Made by a program: the position numbers and the translations under genes. The notes under the pieces are model-generated. The model saw only the letters and a list, made by a program, of their open reading frames with translations, ran no database searches and was not told the DNA's origin. From IMG/VR virus record IMGVR_UViG_3300043469_000509: 64,000 nt of DNA; one strand, written 5' to 3'. Positions within the stretch are counted from its first letter, which is position 1; each line of letters starts with the position of its first letter. This document shows positions 56,983 through 64,000 of the stretch, piece after piece. Source of the DNA: an uncultured virus (IMG/VR IMGVR_UViG_3300043469_000509). Lineage: Duplodnaviria; Heunggongvirae; Uroviricota; Caudoviricetes; Crassvirales.

Positions 56983-59900
56983 TGGCAGCAGAAAATCAAA
57001 GAGGTTCTCAAAACATGCAATCAACTAATGCTAGTATTAATACTTTTAGTAAAGGTATTAATCAAGATCTAGCTAAAACTGTATATAAGGAAGGTAATTA
57101 TTTAGACGCTCTAAATATTACCTTACTTACTGATAGTGGGTTAAGTACAGCTGTAATACAAAATAAGAAAGGTAATAAACTTCAAATTCAGTTTCCTACA
57201 ACTATACCAGCTGCTACTTATGAATTTAATGGGGAGTATCCTCAAGTTGTACCTGCTCAAGAAAATTTAAAAGCTCTTGAAGGTATAGCAGTAACTGAGG
57301 GGAACGGTACACAAGTTTTATTCTTTTTTACAAAGAGTAATGCTGTTGGAAATCTTAGTGACAATGGTTATGGCCAAATATGGAGATGTAATTTCTTAGG
57401 TACTACTGATGATATATCAGGAGCTATTAATGGTTATGAACTAACTGTTAATGGTCATATGATGTATAATAGAAATCTTAACTTTAAATTTGTAGAAAGA
57501 ATTAAAGCTATTTGCAAATATGAGAATCAAAATTTTTCTAGAATTTATTGGACTGATGGAGGACTTAATCCAGTAAGAAGCATTAACACTGTAGGCCCAC
57601 TAACAACTGTAATACAAACACCTGTTAGAAGTTTAAATATAGTATCTGATGCTAATTTAAATAGCCCTGTTGTTAAAAGATTAATTAAAGGTGGATTACC
57701 TGAAGGTAGATATCAATTATCTTATAGATTACTAAGTAAAAATGGAGATTTAACTAACTTTAGTACTTGTAGCAATCTTATAGATGTAATTGAAGGTTAT
57801 GAGTTTAACTCAGAATTTGATTACCCTATATCAGATACTATTGGTGTTACTACTGATGTTATGGCTACCACAGATACTATGGAAGTTATGGACTCTCAAA
57901 AAGGTATAGAGTTTTATATACCTAATATTGATAAGGATTATCAAATGATTCAATATGCTTTAATATATTATAATCAGCCTGACTTACCTGAAATATTTAT
58001 ATATCCTTATAAAGAAATATCATTATATACTAATCAGAATGAAAGTTTTACTGATTTATATAGTGATACTTCAATTCTTACAACAGAAGAGTTTAATATA
58101 ATGTATGCTCCTTTTGAAAAGGCTAGAACTATTGAAGTTAAAGATAACATATTATTCGCAGCTAACACTACAAATGATATGTTTAAAGTTAATGTAGATT
58201 ACAGAGCTTACAGATACAATGCTGTTGGTGTTGCTACTACATATGAATTAGATGGGACTACTAATACCTTTAATACTAACTATCCTAATAACGATTTATT
58301 AGATGTTATAAATCCTTATAATGATGAGAGTGGTAAAGTTTTTGGGTTAATTCCTAATGGGAATACAACCAATTGGTTTAATAACCAACAATATAAGTTT
58401 CAACAAAATGGTGTAACTCTAGGTGGACAAGGTCCAAATATTAAATATACTTTTGGTACAACTAGTATGGTTATGGATCATCAAGCTCAGCTAGTTTCTA
58501 ATAAACCTCCTTTTATTAAAACAAAAGTAGATAATAGTAATGTTCTTATAGGTGTACCTAATCATGTTACTAATAACAATGGGAGTTTTAGTTCATTAAA
58601 ATCTCCTTATAAATCTAGTTGTCAAGTATCTTGGCAGCGTGGAGAAGTATATAGATTTGGTATTACTTTTTATAATAAGAAAGGACAAGCTTCTTATGTT
58701 AATTGGGTAGGAGATATTAAGATGCCTGACTTTAATGAAGTAGCTAATAATCCTATGTCTTTGTTATCAAGTTATGATGATGGTACTGGCGCATTAACAA
58801 TGTACTCTACTTATATAGATTTTGATGTTAATATACCTCAAGATCTAGCTGAAGAAATTAGTGGGTTTAAAATAGTATATGTTGAAAGACAAGAGAATGA
58901 TAAGACTAGATTTGGTACAGGTATTACTGGTGGATTAAATGAACATATAAGAATTAATATAGAAGGCCGCCCAAAATTTGAAATTATTAATATTATTGTA
59001 ACAGTATTTTGTCATATAGTAGATCAATTTCTTGATGATATTGGGGGCCCTGAAGATGTTTTTAAGATTAAAGAAAATATTAAAGGACAGGTAATAACTA
59101 ATCTAGCTTTAGCTTTATATAGAAAGTTATATACTTTAGATATTCCAATAAATAAATTTACAAATATTAATGATCTTTCTGATTTTGTAGAAACAGTTCT
59201 TGATGGGGCTGTTAATACTCAAGGAGGTTTTTTTAGTGGTACCTCATTAGTAAAAGTACTTTTTGCTAAAACAATAGATAGAATTAAAGAGACTGTTAAA
59301 GATAAGTTTAGAAAAACACTAGCTAAAAAAGTAGCAGGGATACATGAAAATGTACTAAGTCTTGGACAAAGAGGTTTTTCTGAGAGTGTTATTAGTTCGC
59401 CACAAGGAAAAGGTAACGTAGGATATGTAATATCGCCTACTGTAGATTTTAATAAATACACTTTTAAACAAGGGGATTATTTAAAACCTATTAATATGTT
59501 TGAACAAAATGGTAAAATTATAAATGAGATACATAGAGATACAAGTGTAGGGCTTTATAATATACTAGACGCCTCAGCATATTTAAAAAAATGGTATCGA
59601 GGTAAAACTATAAATTGGAACAGAGTTGCTGATTCTGATTTAAGAAGGATTTATATTAAAACTGAAAAAGTATTACAACCTGGTGAATTATTAGGTACTG
59701 GAATTGATTCTTTATTTACAGGAAGTGCAGGTGATAATGGTTCTGAAGTAGGTTTTGTACTTTCAAATAGTTATATATCTTCTATACCGCAATCTAATCA
59801 ATTAGGACAAATAATACAAAGTACTGTTGTAGATGACAATATTACGGAATATTTAGAATCAGCTCGTGAAAAATATAATGATGCACCTCCGCCTAATGGG

Positions 59901-61931
59901 CCTGATCCTATGCCTCAACCAATTAATACCCTCACTTCAGACTTAATACAAAAATTAACAAGACCTCATATGACTTTAGGTATTGGCGATAAAAAACATT
60001 TTATTGTTACAGATTCTAGATTTGGAGGTATTAATGATAATGTTGAAGCAGTACCTGTTTCAATAACACAGTTTCCAGATACTAATTATCTTAGTACTTT
60101 TGAAATTTATGGCGATAATGAATCTTATTTAAGCCTGTTGTTTTATGGTCAAGATACACCAACAGATGAAAATAAAGAAACTATTAGAAAAGTAGATTAT
60201 AGTGGTGATTATACAGTAAGTTATAATAGAGAAATTAGTGTTAATCAATATGGTGGAGTAGGTTATACTAGCAGAGCTAATAATGAGTATATACCTGCTA
60301 GTGAATTTTATTCATTTACAACAAGAGTTGGTGATAGAACTTATAATATCAAAGCTAATTTAGGTGATACTTACTTAGGAGTTTATGATGCTGTAGATTA
60401 TGCTTATTATTTTAACCAAATAAGACCTGCTGGATATCAAGATCCTATTAGAACTAAAAAAGGAATGTATCATATATTTCCTTGTGAAGCTAGTTTTAAC
60501 TTTACTCTAAGAGAAGGTGAGCATCCTATTATTAGTTTATCTTTAGATGATTTAAATGAATACTCTGATTTAAAAACAGATGCTGAACCAGTAACTAAAA
60601 AAAGTAATGTATTTAAAATAGCTAAAACTGCCGCTAAAGTTGTAAGATATTGGTCAATATATGCAACTGGGGGTCTTAGTTTATTAGCAACAAAAAGAAC
60701 TGTTAATAAAAGGATGATCAATGATGGTCCTGATACTGCTAATCTAGTATTAAGAACAAGTAGATTCTTATTATCTGAATTTAGATACAATGATGTATTC
60801 CATCAAAAATATAATATTCAAAAGTATTTTCCACCTAGTATGTTTTTTGCTAATGAGGTAGATCAATATACTAATAGAATATGGCACTCTAAACCTAAGA
60901 TAGATGGTGAAGTAATTGATAGTTGGAGAGATTTTCAATTTGTAGATTATCTAGATGTTGAAGGTACACAAGGGCCTATTGTAGAATTAGTTGTTAATAA
61001 GAATAAGATATTCTTTTATCAAACTAATGGGATAGGTATTGCTAGTAGTAATGAAAGAGGTGCTGTTCAAGGAGCTGATGGTAGTATAGTTTTAAGTAAT
61101 AATAAAGTATTGCTTAGATATGATTACATTACTAAAGAAACTGGTACAATACATCAGTATAGTGTTATTAATACTAATAGTTCAATATACCATTATGATG
61201 ATAGTATTAAAAAGATATTTAAAGTAGGAGAAGGATTAGAATGTATATCTGATAACTTAGGTTTGTTTAGTAAATTACAAAGTGTAAACAATAACATTAA
61301 TAAATTATTTAATGGTGTTCACGGTGTATATGATACAGAATATCAAACAATATATTATACATTCTTAGATAGAGTTAATCCTGAAAATAGTTTTACTTTA
61401 GGTTACAATGAGAAGATGCAAGCATTTGAAAGCTTCTATAGTTTTAAACCTAAAATATACTTTAAATTAAATACTAGAGTGTTTAGTAGTTTAGGAGATA
61501 ATAAATGTTACTGGCATAACAAAGGTAATTATGGACAATTCTATGATACTTATTTTCCAAGTAAATTAAAGTTCTTAACTAATGAGAATCCATTGCAAAC
61601 TAAAGTTTGGGATAATCAACAATATCAAACTGAAGTATATGATACTAATGGTGTATTGCAAAATTTAATTACTATTGATTCAATACAACATAGAACTGAA
61701 AATCAAGCTACTAATCTTATTACATTAATCCCACAAGATAATATTAATAAGGTAGAAAGAGATTGGAAATTACAAATAGAAAGAGATGTTGCTAATGCTA
61801 CTTATTCTACTTTATCTAAACCTAGATTAAGAGATATGTATTTACAAACAGAACTTAGTTTTGTTAATAAAGATAATCAAAGATTAATTGTTCATCCAAT
61901 TATAACATTTTATAGACAATCAATACATTAA
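56982..61931 (+). CDS. tail stabilization / muzzle protein
   Basis: 1649 aa; NTF.KG.N.D, Y.DALN, IYWTDG.N, RGEVYRFGI, GDTY, RIW.S..K..GE..DSW..F, YNE....F.SFYS, R.RD.Y. Confidence 0.85.
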   Translation: MAAENQRGSQNMQSTNASINTFSKGINQDLAKTVYKEGNYLDALNITLLTDSGLSTAVIQNKKGNKLQIQFPTTIPAATYEFNGEYPQVVPAQENLKALEGIAVTEGNGTQVLFFFTKSNAVGNLSDNGYGQIWRCNFLGTTDDISGAINGYELTVNGHMMYNRNLNFKFVERIKAICKYENQNFSRIYWTDGGLNPVRSINTVGPLTTVIQTPVRSLNIVSDANLNSPVVKRLIKGGLPEGRYQLSYRLLSKNGDLTNFSTCSNLIDVIEGYEFNSEFDYPISDTIGVTTDVMATTDTMEVMDSQKGIEFYIPNIDKDYQMIQYALIYYNQPDLPEIFIYPYKEISLYTNQNESFTDLYSDTSILTTEEFNIMYAPFEKARTIEVKDNILFAANTTNDMFKVNVDYRAYRYNAVGVATTYELDGTTNTFNTNYPNNDLLDVINPYNDESGKVFGLIPNGNTTNWFNNQQYKFQQNGVTLGGQGPNIKYTFGTTSMVMDHQAQLVSNKPPFIKTKVDNSNVLIGVPNHVTNNNGSFSSLKSPYKSSCQVSWQRGEVYRFGITFYNKKGQASYVNWVGDIKMPDFNEVANNPMSLLSSYDDGTGALTMYSTYIDFDVNIPQDLAEEISGFKIVYVERQENDKTRFGTGITGGLNEHIRINIEGRPKFEIINIIVTVFCHIVDQFLDDIGGPEDVFKIKENIKGQVITNLALALYRKLYTLDIPINKFTNINDLSDFVETVLDGAVNTQGGFFSGTSLVKVLFAKTIDRIKETVKDKFRKTLAKKVAGIHENVLSLGQRGFSESVISSPQGKGNVGYVISPTVDFNKYTFKQGDYLKPINMFEQNGKIINEIHRDTSVGLYNILDASAYLKKWYRGKTINWNRVADSDLRRIYIKTEKVLQPGELLGTGIDSLFTGSAGDNGSEVGFVLSNSYISSIPQSNQLGQIIQSTVVDDNITEYLESAREKYNDAPPPNGPDPMPQPINTLTSDLIQKLTRPHMTLGIGDKKHFIVTDSRFGGINDNVEAVPVSITQFPDTNYLSTFEIYGDNESYLSLLFYGQDTPTDENKETIRKVDYSGDYTVSYNREISVNQYGGVGYTSRANNEYIPASEFYSFTTRVGDRTYNIKANLGDTYLGVYDAVDYAYYFNQIRPAGYQDPIRTKKGMYHIFPCEASFNFTLREGEHPIISLSLDDLNEYSDLKTDAEPVTKKSNVFKIAKTAAKVVRYWSIYATGGLSLLATKRTVNKRMINDGPDTANLVLRTSRFLLSEFRYNDVFHQKYNIQKYFPPSMFFANEVDQYTNRIWHSKPKIDGEVIDSWRDFQFVDYLDVEGTQGPIVELVVNKNKIFFYQTNGIGIASSNERGAVQGADGSIVLSNNKVLLRYDYITKETGTIHQYSVINTNSSIYHYDDSIKKIFKVGEGLECISDNLGLFSKLQSVNNNINKLFNGVHGVYDTEYQTIYYTFLDRVNPENSFTLGYNEKMQAFESFYSFKPKIYFKLNTRVFSSLGDNKCYWHNKGNYGQFYDTYFPSKLKFLTNENPLQTKVWDNQQYQTEVYDTNGVLQNLITIDSIQHRTENQATNLITLIPQDNINKVERDWKLQIERDVANATYSTLSKPRLRDMYLQTELSFVNKDNQRLIVHPIITFYRQSIH

Positions 61932-61934
61932 GAT

Positions 61935-64000
61935 ATGCCTGAAAATAAAAAACAAAAAGTAGCTCCATATAAACCTAAAACAAAGGAAGAGGAAATATTT
62001 AGAAAGCAAATGTATGCTGATAGTTTAGAATTAGCTAAAGAATCTAGAAAAAAAGAGTCGGGATTTGTTTATCCAAATAACCCAAATATTTCTAAAAATA
62101 CTTATGATAGTCTATTCTCTCAAGAATTAAAATATCCTCATTATTTGTTTTCAGAAGATTCATATAAAGCAGATAAAAAAAATAATAATCTTAATAAAGA
62201 TTTTAAATTTGATGATTATATATATAATGCAAATGATACTATTTATAAAAGTGTAACAGGTAAAGATTTACCTAAACAAAAAAAAAGTGATGATGAGTTT
62301 TATAAAAAATTTGAGAGCAGTTGGAAAACGTATATAGATAAAAAAGGGAATAGTGTAGAAGAAAATACCCATACTGGTGAAAAATATACAACTGATTCTA
62401 GAACTAATATTACTAGAAGCAGTTTTACTTATCCTGGTGATCTTACTTATAGTACAATAATGAGTAGCCCATATATAAAACCTGATTCTGTTGTTTATAA
62501 AGGAAGTACTAATAAACTCATAGAGTCTGAACTTAATCCTAGTACTACTAAAGGTTCTTCTATAAATAATGAACCTATAAAATGGGGTAAAAAATCTACA
62601 AATTCATATAAAAATTATACACACCAGGCTGAAGAAAGAGAATATTACCCATTTCCAAAGCAAAAAATTTTAAATGCTGATAAAGATGCTCCAAAAGGAG
62701 AAAAAATGACTGTAAATAATTACAATCAAATGGGGTGGAAAACTGAAAATACTTCTGAAAAACCTAAAGTAGAAACTGCTAAACCTTTAGGTATTAAACC
62801 TATGGGTACTTCTGTAGAACCTAAATTAGCTGGAAATGTAACAATACCAGAGATACCTAGTTCTAAAAATAATATACAAAACTACACAGGAAGTAAAGCA
62901 TTACAAATACAAGGTAAGCCAAGTGGGTATATTAATAAGGGTAATAATACTGGTAGACAAGAGTTTAGAAAAGGCGGATGGTTAGATGGATTAGATAATA
63001 ATAAATATGTATCTGAAAAAGATGCTACGTCAACTGTAAAGACACCAGCTATTGCTACTAACAATAATGCTTTTAAAGAAAAAGTATATAATCCAGATAA
63101 AGCATATAAATATGCAATAGATGCTGCAGGTACAGTTTTTTATCCTGCAAGTTTAGCAGGTTCTGCTATAGATTTTTATCAAGGTGATAATGTTGGAGGA
63201 GTTGCAGGATTAATTCCATTTGGAAAAGGGTATAAATTTTTAAAAAATGCTAAAGCCATTGCAGCAGGAGCTGGTGCAAGTAAATCTGCAAAAAAATTTA
63301 CTAGTGGTGTAAATAAAATAATGGGTGCTCATATAGGAACTCAAGTATATGATGCAAAATCAGATTTAATTGATCCTCTAATGAAAGATAAAAAGAAATT
63401 TGGAGGTTCAATTGATGGATTGGATGGGGATAAAACTGAACAAGCTCCAGATGTTACTAATGCTACAGAGTATGTAAAAGGTTGGTATAACTCGCCTATG
63501 TATGATAACATATTAAGAAATCAAATTGCAGATGCTGGTATAAAAAGTCCTAGACGTACAGAAAGAATTGTAAAAAGATATAACAATTATTTTAATAAAG
63601 ATCTTAATAATTCATTTTATGATATCACTCCTAACTTAGTAAATGATCCTACTCATTATGGGAAAGGTATTCTTGATTATAAAGGAGGTAGAAAAATAGA
63701 ATTAAATAAGAATTTTGTAGAAAATAGTCCTAAATTAGTCAATAGTTTATATGCACATGAATTAACTCATGATAATTTAATGACTTTTAAAGATAGAGAG
63801 TATATAAATAAAAATACTCCAGAGTATAATCCTGCATTACATAAAGAAGACACATATAATAAGCTTACAGATCCTGAAGAGGTAAGATCTCAAATACATT
63901 CTATTAGACAGCTAAGTGGAGAAAATAAAATCTATGACCCACTTACCCAGCCTTTTAAAAAAGAGTATTTAGATAAGGTAAATAAATCCTATAATCAAGG
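61935..64000 (+). CDS. large multidomain protein with zincin (HExxH) domain, partial; probable virion cargo / polyvalent protein
   Basis: Open from ATG 61935 to the window end. Contains AHELTH (63753-63770) followed by DPEEVRS, and repeated linkers FRKGGWLDGLD and KKFGGSIDGLD. Confidence 0.7.
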   Translation, partial: MPENKKQKVAPYKPKTKEEEIFRKQMYADSLELAKESRKKESGFVYPNNPNISKNTYDSLFSQELKYPHYLFSEDSYKADKKNNNLNKDFKFDDYIYNANDTIYKSVTGKDLPKQKKSDDEFYKKFESSWKTYIDKKGNSVEENTHTGEKYTTDSRTNITRSSFTYPGDLTYSTIMSSPYIKPDSVVYKGSTNKLIESELNPSTTKGSSINNEPIKWGKKSTNSYKNYTHQAEEREYYPFPKQKILNADKDAPKGEKMTVNNYNQMGWKTENTSEKPKVETAKPLGIKPMGTSVEPKLAGNVTIPEIPSSKNNIQNYTGSKALQIQGKPSGYINKGNNTGRQEFRKGGWLDGLDNNKYVSEKDATSTVKTPAIATNNNAFKEKVYNPDKAYKYAIDAAGTVFYPASLAGSAIDFYQGDNVGGVAGLIPFGKGYKFLKNAKAIAAGAGASKSAKKFTSGVNKIMGAHIGTQVYDAKSDLIDPLMKDKKKFGGSIDGLDGDKTEQAPDVTNATEYVKGWYNSPMYDNILRNQIADAGIKSPRRTERIVKRYNNYFNKDLNNSFYDITPNLVNDPTHYGKGILDYKGGRKIELNKNFVENSPKLVNSLYAHELTHDNLMTFKDREYINKNTPEYNPALHKEDTYNKLTDPEEVRSQIHSIRQLSGENKIYDPLTQPFKKEYLDKVNKSYNQ

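Noticed and set aside
33..63064. Short opposite-strand ORFs in the track (e.g. 33..284, 1353..1574, 5570..5767, 32052..32351, 45656..45961, 59219..59461, 62882..63064)
   Set aside because: They are antisense shadows of well-supported genes, against the strand bias of each arm and without recognisable motifs.
1..64000. Stop-codon reassignment (TAG or TGA), known in some crAss-like phages
   Set aside because: Long genes are intact under the standard code, and TAG/TGA end genes at tight junctions (e.g. 2701, 30504, ATGA overlaps).

Overview
AT-rich (roughly 30% GC by eye) segment of a crAss-like (Crassvirales-type) podophage genome. The host is probably Bacteroidota, since translation starts are A-rich and lack Shine-Dalgarno motifs. 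The standard genetic code fits. The window has two divergent arms meeting at about 30.8-31.4 kb. The minus-strand arm (1-30.8 kb) carries early small genes interleaved with long structured non-coding stretches. It also carries a tRNA-like gene, thyX, a spore-photoproduct-lyase-like radical SAM gene and a family A DNA polymerase split by a group I intron with an HNH endonuclease. Further along are a ~10 kb amidoligase/ATP-grasp/glutamine amidotransferase cluster and replication genes (helicase, RecT-like, SSB-like, primase). The plus-strand arm (31.4-64 kb) carries a GroES-like gene, terminase, portal, major capsid protein, ring and fibre proteins, a lysis cassette, tail tube and muzzle genes, and the start of a large multidomain zincin-containing protein. 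The most notable observations are five. (1) A hatchet self-cleaving ribozyme heads a hairpin-rich early RNA whose loops repeat a CAAAUUC motif also found at three early start codons. (2) An orphan DGR-type variable region sits in a DUF1566-like gene flanked by perfect 27-bp direct repeats. (3) The intron endonuclease ORF reads through nearly the whole ribozyme core. (4) The peptide-ligase cluster has three ligases and three amidotransferases. (5) A conserved bipartite motif lies upstream of late genes. All functional calls come from motif recognition by eye, not from database searches.
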